The position numbers and the translations under genes were made by a program. Of a stretch of 64,000 bases of DNA, positions 27,501-36,894 are shown one piece after another. Every line of letters starts with the position of its first letter. Within the stretch, counting starts at the first letter, position 1. The DNA is from Squalus acanthias. Lineage: Eukaryota. The DNA lies in NCBI GenBank assembly GCA_030390025.1, contig CM059449.1, forward strand, positions 7,316,001 to 7,380,000, read 5' to 3'. Below the pieces are notes generated by a model. It had not been told where the DNA came from, made no database searches, and saw only the letters and a program-made list of their open reading frames with translations.

Positions 27501-30500
27501 CCACGATTTTCCATCCATTAATTGGAATGGATGGCAAATTGAGGGCAGCATGCATACAGTTTTCCAATGTGCCTGGCTGCTGGGTGACCCTCCTAGCCAG
27601 CAGTGTGAACTCTGAAAACCAGCTCTTAAATGTGCAAAATTAATTGATTTCTTTGGGTGAAAATCAAGGCCATCCACACATCAGCCTCTTCCTCTTCCAT
27701 CCTCTCTGCTACCCTTTTCCTGATTAAGTTTCCAGCCACACTGCATTCTGCAGTTTCTCCCCATCTCCCACCCAACCCTCATTAGGCTCAATTCGTCTAT
27801 CAGCTCCCTCTAGCCCCTTATGTCCCAGCTCCTGAACATCCAATTTCCTCTTTTCAGCCCCATGCTCACTGACATTTCCCGTATTGTCCTCATCATCTTG
27901 CAAATTACTATCATCCCTTCACAAAACACCCATCTTTAACTCCTCCATTTTCTCCAACTACCAATCTATCTCCAAACTTTGCTTTTTCAAAGACCGGGAA
28001 TGTATTATGCCTCGCAAGTAGGATCCCACCTCTCCTATCACTCCCTGTTTGTGACCCTCCAATCCAACTTCCACCCACTCACAGCATTGAGATTTAGCAA
28101 ATCAAAGTCACAAGCGACATCATATGCAATTGTGACAATGGCTCACTTCTCCTCATCCTCCTTGACCTTTTTAACAGAATAAGCTCTCCATCCTCCACCA
28201 ACATTTGTTGACTGCAGTCCATCTCCATGGCACTGCTCTCTCCAGGTCCCACTCATACCTGTTGAGACAGACATCGTGGGTAAATTTCTCAATTCAATCA
28301 ATTAGCTCCCTCAATCCCCTTATGTCTCAACTCCTAAGCATCCCATTTCCTCTCGTCAACTCCATGCTCACTGACATCAACTATGTATCTCTCTTCTCCT
28401 GAAGCAGAATATTTTTTAAAAGGTGAGAGACTGGGAAATGTTGGGATTCAGAGGGACCTGGGTGACCTTGTACACAAATCACAAAGTTAACATGCAGGTA
28501 CAGCAAGCATTTAGGAAAGCAAATGGTATGTTAGCCTTTATTACAAAGGGATTGGCATATAAGAGTAAAGAAGTCTTATTGCAATTATATAGGGCCTTGG
28601 TGAGACTACACCTGGAGTACGGTGTACAGTTTTGGTCTCCTTACTTAAGGAAGGATGTGCTTGCCTTCGAGGGAGTGCAACAAAGGTTCACTAGACCGAG
28701 TCCTGAGATGAAGGGATTGTCCTATGAGGAGAGATTGAGTAGACTAAGCCTATATTTCAGAGAGTTTAGAAGAATGAGAGGTGATCTCATTGAAACATAC
28801 AAAATTGTTAAGGTGCTTGACCGGCTAGATGCTGGGGAGACTAGAACTAGAGGTCATAGTCTCAGGATAAGGGATTGGCCATTTAGGACTGAGATGAGGA
28901 GAAATATATTCTCAATGGTTTGTGAATCTTTGGAATTTTCTACCCCAGAGGGTTGTGGATGCTCAGTCATTGAGTCTATTCAAGACAGAGATCGATAGAT
29001 TTTTGAATACTAAGGGAATCAAGGGATATGGGGATAGGGCGGGAAAGTAGAGTTGAGGTAGCGATCAGCCATGATCTTATTGAATGGCGGAGCAGGCTCG
29101 AGGGGCCGATTGGCCTACTCCTGCTCCCGTTTCTTATGTTCTTGTGAATCTCAAGTGAATAGGCCCGCTCTTGACCATATGATGGATGGAATGTCACTGA
29201 TGAAACAGCTCAAGATGGTTGGGCCACAGACGCTGCCCTGACAAACCTTGGCAGTGATTACCTGGAGTTAAGATAATAGGGCTCCAGCACAACCATCTTC
29301 CTTTGTATTAGGCATGACTTTAGCCACTGAGGGGTTTCTCTATGATCCCCACTGACCTCAGTTTTACCAGGGATCCTTGCCATATTTGATCAAGTGCGTC
29401 TTGATGTTGACCACAGTTACTCTCCTCTTTCCTCTGCATGCAACTCGTGTCCAGGCTTGTATCAAAGCTGTGACATCGTCTGGACCTGACTGGTTCTGGC
29501 ACAACCCGAGCTGAGTAGGTGTTGCTTGATTTCTCATTCATTAATTTACTGATGATTAGGAGGAGCCAAATATAATGATTATTAGCCAAGTAAGATTTCT
29601 CCTGCTTTTTGTGGGCTTGACATACCTGGGCAATTTTTCATATTGTCTGGCAGGTGCCAGTGTCATACTGGAATAGTTTGGTTGGGGGGTTGAGCTGATT
29701 TGGCTGGATGCTGCCATTTATGATGGTGGGGATCTTGAAAGAAGGTAGATTAGGCTTGTCCACTCTGCACTATTGGCTAAAGAGGCTTTCAAATAGTTCA
29801 GCCTTGTCTCTTGCACTCACCTGCAGGGCTCCACCATAGTTGAGGATGCTCACGGATATGGTAGCACTACAGAGCTTTGTTCTGATCTGTTGGTTATAGG
29901 ACTGCTTAGCTCTATCTACAGCCTACTGCTTTTGGTGTTTAGCATGCAGGTAGCCCTGTATTGTAGCTTGACAAGGATGGTGTCTTATTCGAAAAGATGC
30001 TGGTGCCGTTCTTGGCTCGCCCTTCTGCACTTTTTCTATTAAATCAGGGTTGGTCTTCTGGCTTGATGGCTATGTTGGGCCATGAGGTTACAGAGTGTGA
30101 TGGTATATGATTTTGCTGCTGATGCTTCGTGGATGTTTGGTTTTGGATTGCTAGATCAATATTTTTTTACGATCAATAAAAACAGAAAATGCTGAAAATA
30201 CTCAGCAGGCCAGGCAGCAGCTGTGAAGAAAGGATGGCAGGCTTAACATTCCAAGTTGATGACATTTTGTCAGAACTTTTTGCTTTCTATTTTTTACCAT
30301 TTCTGTTGCATTGACCACCTATACTTCTACATCCACTCCACCACTGCTAAAACCCTAATTTGCAGTTTTATCAACTTGAGCCTTGCTTTCTCCACTCTTC
30401 ACAAATTAAAATGTATTACCAGCTCTTTCATCCACCACACCCCTTCCCTTTGGAACTCTCTCCCCAAATCGGTCCACTCTGACACTTTCCTCCCTACTTT

Positions 30501-31263
30501 AAAATCCCTCCTAAAAGGCTTCCTGTTGAAACCCTGCCGCTCCCTATTTGCTGCCTCTCTGTAAAGTGCTTTCAGGCATCTTTGTGTCGGCCAGGAGTGC
30601 TACAGAGGTGTAAGTGGTTGTTCTCCGAGTTGTGATTCTTGCTACAATTCCTCTTGCTTTATTTGGTATTTACAGTTGATTGGTTTAATCTAGCCTCAGA
30701 ATCTGTACTTCAGCTTTAACTCTGCCCTTTTCTTCCCAGTCTCTGTAACCCTGGATACAGAAACAGCAAATCCATGGCTTGAGGTGTCCAAGGATCTGAA
30801 GAAGGTGAAATTGACCCAGACAGCGAGGAGTCTCCCTGAAAATGAGGAGAGGTTTACAGCCTGGGAATCTGTGCTGGGATCAGAGGGATTCACATCGGGG
30901 AGTCACTACTGGGAGGTGGAGGTGGTGGGGAATCGCCGCTGGACTCTGGGAGTGGCCACAGAGTCTGTGGAGAGGAAGACAGAGATGAAACTGATACCGG
31001 GGAATGGATTCTGGACCATCGGGCAGGTTGAAGATCAATTTCAGGCAAACTCCGCGAATCAATCAGATATCCCTGCCCGTGAGATTCCCAGGAAGATTGG
31101 AGTTTATCTCAGTTATGAGTCCAGGATAGTTTCATTCTACAGTGCAAACACAAAGTCTTACCTCTACACTTTCACTGGGAATGAATTCACAGAGAAAGTT
31201 TATCCTTTTTTCTACACGGCTCATCGTAACAAATGGCTGAGAATCTGTCCAGTGCAGCATTAG
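6456..31263 (+). CDS. Butyrophilin-like gene 1 (complete, 8 coding exons, 473 aa: SP-IgV-IgC-TM-juxtamembrane-B30.2)
   Basis: Exon lengths 58+348+285+120+33+27+27+524 = 1422 nt, open through to TAG at 31261-31263. All introns are GT-AG and phase 1. Domain order is diagnostic of the BTN/BTNL family; the orthologue cannot be assigned from sequence alone. Confidence 0.93.
7772..7984 (+). mobile_element. Penelope-derived palindromic element with hammerhead motif and TSD ATTATGGACATA
   Basis: Perfect 84-bp inverted arms (7771-7854 / 7865-7948) plus a short tail; TSD at 7760-7771 and 7985-7996; second copy at about 39495-39693. Confidence 0.85.
7856..7897 (+). ncRNA. Minimal type I hammerhead ribozyme motif
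   Basis: Helix I TCAC/GTGA, core CTGAGGA (7860-7866), helix II GGGGC/GCTCC, GAAA (7886-7889), palindromic helix III (AAGCTT) with a CUU triplet. Confidence 0.75.
8440..8800 (+). mobile_element. Degenerate DeuSINE (SacSINE1/AmnSINE1-like)
   Basis: Similar to the Deu domain in the better-preserved copy at 22135-22525 (tctttcagat...cactatt...gaagagcaggg). Confidence 0.7.
9113..9460 (+). CDS. BTN gene 1 IgV exon
   Basis: [23 protein letters not shown]...VRW...[21 protein letters not shown]...DEGKYIC; 348 nt, caacAG acceptor, GTTAGT donor. Confidence 0.97.
10088..10368 (-). mobile_element. HE1-type tRNA-derived V-SINE
   Basis: Minus strand: A box TGGCATAGTGG, B box GGTTCGAATCC, V domain TGTGTGGAGTTTGCACATTCTCCCCGTGTCTGCGTGGGTTTCC, CR1-like (ATTCTGTG)n tail. 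Confidence 0.92.
10495..10930 (+). mobile_element. Highly decayed Tx1-like endonuclease fragment
   Basis: ttcctgcaagaaacccacact (FLQETHT) and flanks are colinear with 2840-3290. Confidence 0.6.
11018..11489. repeat. Inverted repeat, arms about 120 bp (11018-11138 / 11369-11489), spacer about 230 bp
   Basis: agactccagatcacgtagctccc...cattctac is reverse-complementary to gtagaatg...gggagctacttgatctggagtct with few mismatches. Confidence 0.9.
13062..13727 (-). mobile_element. CR1/L3 3' fragment
   Basis: RPHLEYC...TRGHS...WNSLP plus 3' UTR on the minus strand. Confidence 0.92.
14657..14941 (+). CDS. BTN gene 1 IgC exon
   Basis: [12 protein letters not shown]...[18 protein letters not shown]...FKCLIQN; 285 nt, ttgtAG acceptor, GT at 14942. 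Confidence 0.97.
15925..16325 (+). mobile_element. CR1-group LINE 3' fragment (same family as 1-1910)
   Basis: [23 protein letters not shown] and the shared 3' tail. Confidence 0.9.
16705..16925 (+). mobile_element. CR1/L3 3' end fragment
   Basis: WNSLP region, 3' UTR and (TTCTTGTG)n tail. Confidence 0.85.
17583..17702 (+). CDS. BTN gene 1 transmembrane exon ([40 protein letters not shown])
   Basis: tttactttgcAG acceptor, FFP..S.W motif followed by a hydrophobic span and basic stop-transfer residues, donor AG|GTACG; missing from the ORF track. Confidence 0.93.
18422..18708. mobile_element. Tc1/mariner-superfamily (pogo/Tigger-like) MITE
   Basis: TIRs CAGGTTGAGCGTCC / GGACACTCGACCTG flanked by TA on both sides; internal TCCGGA-rich palindromic subrepeats. 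Confidence 0.8.
19303..19335 (+). CDS. BTN gene 1 juxtamembrane micro-exon A ([11 protein letters not shown]), 33 nt
   Basis: gaatttttccAG acceptor, G|GTAAG donor, frame-preserving phase 1. Confidence 0.8.
19508..20128 (-). mobile_element. CR1-group LINE 3' fragment (family of 1-1910)
   Basis: [11 protein letters not shown]...[15 protein letters not shown] on the minus strand, plus tail. Confidence 0.92.
20636..21740 (+). mobile_element. Internal CR1 fragment (20636-20828) followed by a decayed CR1-group LINE
   Basis: [19 protein letters not shown] segment, then sequence colinear with 1-420 and 24900-25750 but heavily mutated. Confidence 0.75.
22135..22525 (-). mobile_element. DeuSINE (SacSINE1-like)
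   Basis: Minus strand: tRNA-like head TGGCTCAGTGG, Deu core GTAAAAGATCCCATGGCACTATTTCGAAGAAGAGCAGGGGAGTTCT...ATTTATCCCTCAACCAACATCAC. Confidence 0.88.
22646..22672 (+). CDS. BTN gene 1 juxtamembrane micro-exon B (DQWKPLVES), 27 nt
   Basis: Long T tract plus AG at 22644-22645, CAG|GTATG donor, frame-preserving. Confidence 0.8.
22792..23524. mobile_element. Non-autonomous DNA transposon (MITE), possibly PIF/Harbinger-like
   Basis: 18-bp TIRs GGGTCAGAATTTGCTGTC / GACAGCAAATTCTGGCCC; no clean TSD. Confidence 0.7.
24080..24632 (+). mobile_element. CR1/L3 fragment, interrupted by the LINE below; its tail resumes near 26470-26552
   Basis: KKAYGIL...TRGH...[11 protein letters not shown]; aagtggaacattgggtagctc...ttctatgaa 3' UTR further downstream. 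Confidence 0.75.
24633..26465 (-). mobile_element. Internally deleted CR1-group LINE (endonuclease to 3' tail)
   Basis: [35 protein letters not shown] on the minus strand, joined directly to the 3' tail. Confidence 0.85.
27256..27282 (+). CDS. BTN gene 1 juxtamembrane micro-exon C (DWKKICECK), 27 nt
   Basis: tttctgttttcAG acceptor, AAG|GTAAG donor; a WKK-containing 27-nt exon just before B30.2 resembles mammalian BTNs. Confidence 0.85.
27720..28400 (+). mobile_element. Decayed L2-like LINE fragment
   Basis: Pyrimidine-rich sequence with NYQSISKL and LQSNF..HS-like RT remnants. Confidence 0.55.
28405..29147 (+). mobile_element. CR1/L3 3' fragment
   Basis: ORF 28423-28998 ([18 protein letters not shown]) plus 3' UTR. 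Confidence 0.92.
29155..30160 (-). mobile_element. Decayed CR1-group LINE
   Basis: Colinear with 1-960 in reverse complement. Confidence 0.75.
30740..31263 (+). CDS. BTN gene 1 B30.2 (PRY/SPRY) terminal exon
   Basis: [17 protein letters not shown]...[18 protein letters not shown]...WTLGV...KIGVYLSYE...VSFY...VYPFF; ccttttcttcccAG acceptor, TAG stop. Confidence 0.97.
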
Positions 31264-31511
31264 TTCTTTAAAAGGTCGCTGGCCTCGAGGTTTCTCCAAA
31301 ATACTTTCCAGTTCAACAGTCAGTCAAAGGAACCTGTCAAATATATAAATATTAAAGTTAATCTACCCTTTTAAGAAAAGATTATATAAAATATCTAAAA
31401 TGCTGCTGGGTGACTGACAATTATTGTGGGATTTTGCTGGAATCTGCCCTTTAAATAATGTAAATTCAGTTTCCAGCAGGGCAGCCCACTCCATGTTTGT
31501 GTTTGATATAA

Positions 31512-31517
31512 AATAAA
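31512..31517 (+). terminator. Candidate polyadenylation signal of BTN gene 1 (alternative AATAAA at 35797-35802)
   Basis: AATAAA about 250 nt after the stop codon; usage cannot be shown from sequence. Confidence 0.4.
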
Positions 31518-31585
31518 AACTAGGAACAGATTAAAGATCCCATATTTCATCAGATACAGAGTGGGGAGTGAAGGTTTCAGCCCTT

Positions 31586-32405
31586 TAAACCACTGATAAG
31601 CCAGGAGAACATCAGTGATGGATTTGCCACCCATCTGCTACCAGATTATAAAAGCATCCCTGTAACCTTAGGTCTTTAATTAGTTTGCAGTCTGTTGATG
31701 TCACTTGTGTCTGTCAGCACAGAATCAGATCCACAGTTCACTTTGAGAAAGTGTGTCAGATTGTTGGCCACCATAATGGTGATGTAGCACTGTACAAGAA
31801 CATTGGCGAGAGATTTTCCTCAAGTGTGGGATCACTACAGTGAGTGGGACTTTTGCACACTGGGCCAACCACACACTGACCCTGTCCCATTTTCTTGGGT
31901 ATGGTCAACTTCCAGCGTTATCTCCGCTCTTCCACTGGGACTCTGCTGCTGCGGGATTGGGAAATGTTGAGCTTCTGTAGTGGGACATCTGTTGCAGCAA
32001 CTGAAATAACTGCAGCCAGTTTAAAGGGGGCAGAAGTCTGCTAAACGTTTCAGATCAATATTTAGAATTGCCACTTAGTGAGCCAGTTGGAAGAAAAATA
32101 GCAGTCAGAAGATTTGGAAGAGGGAGAGGTGGCTATATCTCGTACCTGGCATCAAGAAACTCTTGACACACTCTTGCACAGTGTTACATCACCATTATGG
32201 TGGCCAACAATCTGACACACTTTCTCTTAAAGTGAACTGTAGATCTGATTCTGTGCTGACAGACACAAGTGACATCAACAGACTACAAACTAATTGACGA
32301 CCCAAGGTCTCAGGTTACAAGAACGCTTTTATAATCTGGTAGCAGATGGGTGGCAAATCCATCACTTACCGGAGCCTGATGGTCTCCTGGCTTATCAGTG
32401 GTTTA
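31586..32405. repeat. Long inverted repeat, arms about 215-230 bp (31586-31799 / 32173-32405), spacer about 370 bp
   Basis: aaccactgataagccaggaga...gatgtagcactgtacaaga matches the reverse complement of tcttgcacagtgttacatc...tctcctggcttatcagtggtt. Confidence 0.92.
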
Positions 32406-33018
32406 TATGTCTGTTGCCACCACAGTCCCCCTACCACTTCCTTCCTTCTGGCCGCCTCCACCCCCCACTCGCCACCCCACCCCACTCCACTCCACTCCAC
32501 TCCTTCATTGGCAGCAGAGAGGTGGGAATGAAGGAAATTGTCTGGATTCCTCGACCTCACCCCCTCACTATTGATTTACATGCAGCGGGGCAGGTGGGCA
32601 GCTGTCTGCCATCCGCAGCAGTGGGAGCAGAGAAAATGTTAGTGGAGATTTGATGGGAGGCCTCCCCATCTGATTTTCCTGCACACTCTGCCTCAGGACT
32701 GCTCATTTTCAGGCAGGAATTTGGGGGGAAAATCCTCCCTTCAGTTTTTATAACTATTACTAGGTTTATATAGCAGGGTCAATCAAGGTACATAAAGGTC
32801 ACACAAGGTTCAGGGATACACATGAAGCGCTATGTAGATAACTCTGGAAGTACACATAAACAATGCTTTTTTTTGAATGGGCTGCGCTGGAGGTGGGGAG
32901 GGACACATTGTTCTTCCACTTGCTCCCTTCTCAAAGCAGTGGCTTATGCTGGTGTTTGAATCCAAGGGCAGCACCAGTCCTCCAGTACCTCGCTCAGGTG
33001 GTCATAAATTATGTGAGA

Positions 33019-33308
33019 CTAACTCAGCACAGACCAGCATTCCCAACACTGAGCTAAACTAACTCAGCACAGGCCAGCACTCCCAACACTGAGCTAAACT
33101 AACTCAGCACAGACCAGCATTCCCAACACTGAGCTAAACTAACTCAGCACAGACCAGCACTCCCAACACTGAGCTAAACTAACTCAGCACAGACCAGCAA
33201 TCCCAACACTGAGCTAAACTAACTCAGCACAGACCAGCATTCCCAACACTGAGCTAAACTAACTCAGCACAGACCAGCACTCCCAACACTGAGCTAAACT
33301 AACTCAGC
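33019..33308 (+). repeat. 40-bp minisatellite (CTAACTCAGCACAGACCAGCAHTCCCAACACTGAGCTAAA), about 7 copies; 2 more at 35434-35518
   Basis: Exact 40-nt periodicity, no spacers. Confidence 0.97.
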
Positions 33309-33417
33309 TGTTAGAAATTAGGGGTACCTAGAATATATATGGTTATACAAATGAACTCATGAGGCAAATAATACTGTTTAAATGATTGTATTAGAGCTCG
33401 AGACAAGTAAGGGGTTA

Positions 33418-33716
33418 GAAACATGGAAGATAGGAGCAGACCATTCGGCCCCTTGAGCCTGCTCCGCCATTTAATGAGGTCATGGCTGATCATCCAAATT
33501 CAGTACCCTGTCCTGCTTTCTCCCCATATCCCTTGACCCCTTTAGCCTTAAGAAACATATCTAACTCCTTCTTGAATATATTTACTGAATTGGCCTCAAC
33601 TGCCTTTTGTGGTAGAGAATTCCACAGGTTCACCACTCTCTAGGTGAAGAAATTCCTCCTCATTTCTGTCCTAAATGGCTTACTCCTTATCCTTAGACTG
33701 TGACTCCTGGTTCTGG
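33418..33716 (-). mobile_element. CR1/L3 3' fragment nested in the solo LTR
   Basis: Reverse complement of the 48390-48690 type of tail. Confidence 0.9.
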
Positions 33717-34274
33717 TTAATGTATAAGTTGTGTTTTACTGGAACTGTTTAAGCTTCGGTTTCCTGGAAACATGCATTAGAGCTTGAGACAATGTGTCTT
33801 CAGACTAACATTAGATTAGATGGATAGATGCTTAGCATCCCATCCAGGGAAAGCCACATATGGCCTTGACTCCCAGCTAGCTGTCTGCTGTTTGTAAGTT
33901 AGGATTTTGACTTTGTTTAATGTATCTTTAATTTGGCCAACCAAGGCCCAACGCCTATGTTTCTTATAATGCAAAGTTAGGATTTTGACTCTATTTAACA
34001 AACTGCTCGCTAAGATGCGCAAGTTAACCAGTGTGTAAGAATAGAATAGAATTTAATGATTCATTTCACGGTACAACAGTCTGATAATGAATCGAAATAG
34101 TTAGGTTGTACGGTTGGCTGCCTGCATGGACGGCTTTGAACATAAACAACTGATAAGCAATTACGAACAATGAGGCCCCTGACTGGAAGAGCCTCTAGCT
34201 TTGGGGAGGAAAGGGACAAAAAGTTCTTAACCAATTAAGGCCTTTCAGTATGCTAAGTACAGAAACCATGTGTA

Positions 34275-35195
34275 CTCTTTTGATGGGGGTGATTGAACAA
34301 ATGAACTGTAACTTAATAAAACGTTAAATAAAACTAGAATTTTGTTGGCTGGGGTGATGATGCACTCCAGTCCTGCGGCGCCCACCGGTCACGGAAGGCC
34401 TCAAGTGTGCCGGCGGACACCGCGTGCTCCATCTCCAGGGCCACCCAGGCGCGAACATTGCCTGCCTCTCTTCCGCGGCTATCAGGCCGAACGACCCCCT
34501 CGACCGCCCGCTGCCTGGACCTGTTGATGGCTATTTTCGCCAGGCCCAGTCCTACGAGGAGGTCCTCCGATCCGCCCGCTCCCCTCCGCACCAGGTGACC
34601 ACAGATCAGGAGCGTGGGACTGAAGTGCAGCCAAAAATCGAGGAGCAGCCCCTTCAAATAATGAAAGTGGGGCTGCAATCTCTCACACTCCTATAAACAT
34701 GGAACACTGACTCCTCCAGGCCGCAGAAAAGGCAGATGGCCTGGGAGTCCTTGAACTGACTTAAAACCATATTGCACAGGACTACTCCATGCAACACCCT
34801 CCAGGCCAAGTCCCCAATAGATAAAAGGAGGACTCTCACTTGGGGACCCCTCACCTCCGCCGGACGGCAAGATGGCACGCCAAGGCGTGTCCAGGCGGCA
34901 GACGAAAATGGTAAAGTGGAGCGTGTGCAGGAGTAGCCCGTACAGGAAACCCCTCCGTGCAGAATGAGAAGGCATGGAGGGCATTTCCCCGAGACGGCTC
35001 AAGTTGTGAGGCGCCGGTTCCCGAGAGGGGTTTCGGGGCCGCGCGCCGATGAGAATTCCGTCCGAACGAGGGTCAGCTCGGACGGGATCGCCCCACGTGC
35101 TTGAGCCTCCTCGATACACCTGGTGGAGTCGGGGCCCAGTGCCACTTTCAGCGACTCGATGGCTTTGGCCGCGAGCCGGACGTTGGCTCAGGACT
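34275..35195 (-). mobile_element. Tx1-like LINE 3' fragment nested in the solo LTR
   Basis: GDLAWRVLHG, C..CGLEESVFH zinc-binding motif, GLAKIAI, EAFRDRWAPQ. Confidence 0.9.
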
Positions 35196-36149
35196 GACTT
35201 CGGTCTAACACTCTTGGGTAGTTCGGGAACAGAGAGGAAGAGTTGTTCGTGCATGCCGGCCGTCTGTCCGTCCGATCAGGTCGGTACCAGCTACTTGTTC
35301 TGGTCGTATATCTTTGCTGTATAACTAGTGTATTATATTCCGTCCTAAACTCTGATTAAACACAATATACCCACAGTATTGGTTTGCACTCAATCTGTTT
35401 ATTTGAAGTATCAGAGAGAAGTTAATCTCTACACAGCACAGACCAGCATTCTCAACACTGGGCTAAACTAACTCAGCACAGACCAGCAATCCCAACACTG
35501 AGCTAAACTAACTCAGCAGAGGTGTTGTATTGCAGGAGTTAGAATAAAGCTGCCTCCTTGTTGTCCTATTAACATGCTTAAAATCACTGAGAAGGACCCC
35601 TACAACTACACCAGAGAGATTTTTTAATTTCTAACAATTATCCCTTTAATCTCTGGCACCTTTGTGCCAAATTATGTTCTTATCTCTATAATTTTCTCCT
35701 TTTACATTTCTTGTATTGGATTATTTTCTTTTATAGTTCTTGACTACAGACTGCATCTGTATCAAAACTATCAATGTACTTGTTATTGCTTGAAATAATA
35801 AAACTGTTTTACAACAGTGCACACTGCCCCCTGGAATTGTAACTGGAAGGTGTAAGTAACAGACTAAACTGATCTTTATTAACATGCAGACAGCTGTGGT
35901 TTCACACTGGGAATCAGGATTGTATTTAAAATATATTAAACCTCACTTTAATTTTCAAATTATTTATTGTATTTTCTGATGCATTGAGCAGTGATGTGCA
36001 TGAAAGAAAGACAAGTAGCTCTTTAAAAAGTGCAAACTTACCGTGAAGTAGGTAAAATCTAAATTATAAACAGAATTAACACAAAAATAAACTTTGAATT
36101 TAGATTTTCTGGTTATGTCTCACTTCAGAATCATAAGTAAATAAGTGGA

Positions 36150-36615
36150 AACCCCACTTCAGAACTTGAGCACAGAGCCTAGGTTGGCATTTCAGTGCAG
36201 TACTGAACAAGTGTTAGATTGTCAAAATGTGTTATCTTTCCAATGAGATGCTAGAACGAGGTCCTGTTCTGGTGGTTCGGCAGGATATAAAAGATCCCAT
36301 GGCACTATTTAAAGAGCAGGGAGTTCTCCTGGCCCATATTTATCCCCAAACTAATCAAGAATCTCCCACCCCAAACAACCCCATTATTAGCTGGTCATTT
36401 GCCTCATTTGCTGTTCATGTGACCTTGCTGGGAGTAAATTGGCAATCACATTCAAAAGAAAGTCTTGCATTTCTACAGCGCCCTTCACGACCACCGGACG
36501 TGCCAAAGCGCTTTACAGCCAATGAAGTACTTTTTGAAATGCCTACATAACAGCAGTGACTTCACTTCAGAAGTTATTTATTGGTTGTGAAGTGTTTTAG
36601 GATTCATTTGGGGAG
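36150..36615 (+). mobile_element. DeuSINE (SacSINE1-like) with a nested inverted fragment
   Basis: ataaaagatcccatggcactatttaaagagcagggagttctcc Deu core. Confidence 0.75.
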
Positions 36616-36894
36616 ACGAAAGGATACTTGTACAAGTTTGCTGGTTCCTTAGACTGAAATGAAAAGCAAACGTTTAATTCCAATGGGGAGCTGCCATTTG
36701 GCTCATTGTGTGTCCATGTTCTATTCCATTAATGTACTTGGACCATTGATCGATCTAATTAACCAGAGCGGCCTCTTCCCAGCCTGTCCGATGTCACCCC
36801 TTATGGTCCTTCCATTCCCTCAAGGCTAAGGTGTGCCGGTGCTGTTTGCTTCATGTCTGTGCTGCAGTTCTGGTGTGAAAGCAGCTTGAATCCA

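Larger units (their letters stand above)
33309..35433 (+). mobile_element. Solo LTR (Gypsy/ERV-like) inserted in the minisatellite, with nested CR1 and Tx1 fragments
   Basis: TGTTAGA...TCTACA termini, 4-bp TSD CAGC (33305-33308 / 35434-35437), ATTAAA near the right end. Confidence 0.75.

Noticed and set aside
30740-31263. Last exon of a separate TRIM gene
   Set aside because: No RING or B-box exons are visible upstream; phase and micro-exons link it cleanly to the Ig/TM exons.
33019-33308. 40-bp repeats as a CRISPR array
   Set aside because: Units are contiguous with no unique spacers, there are no cas genes, and the context is vertebrate.
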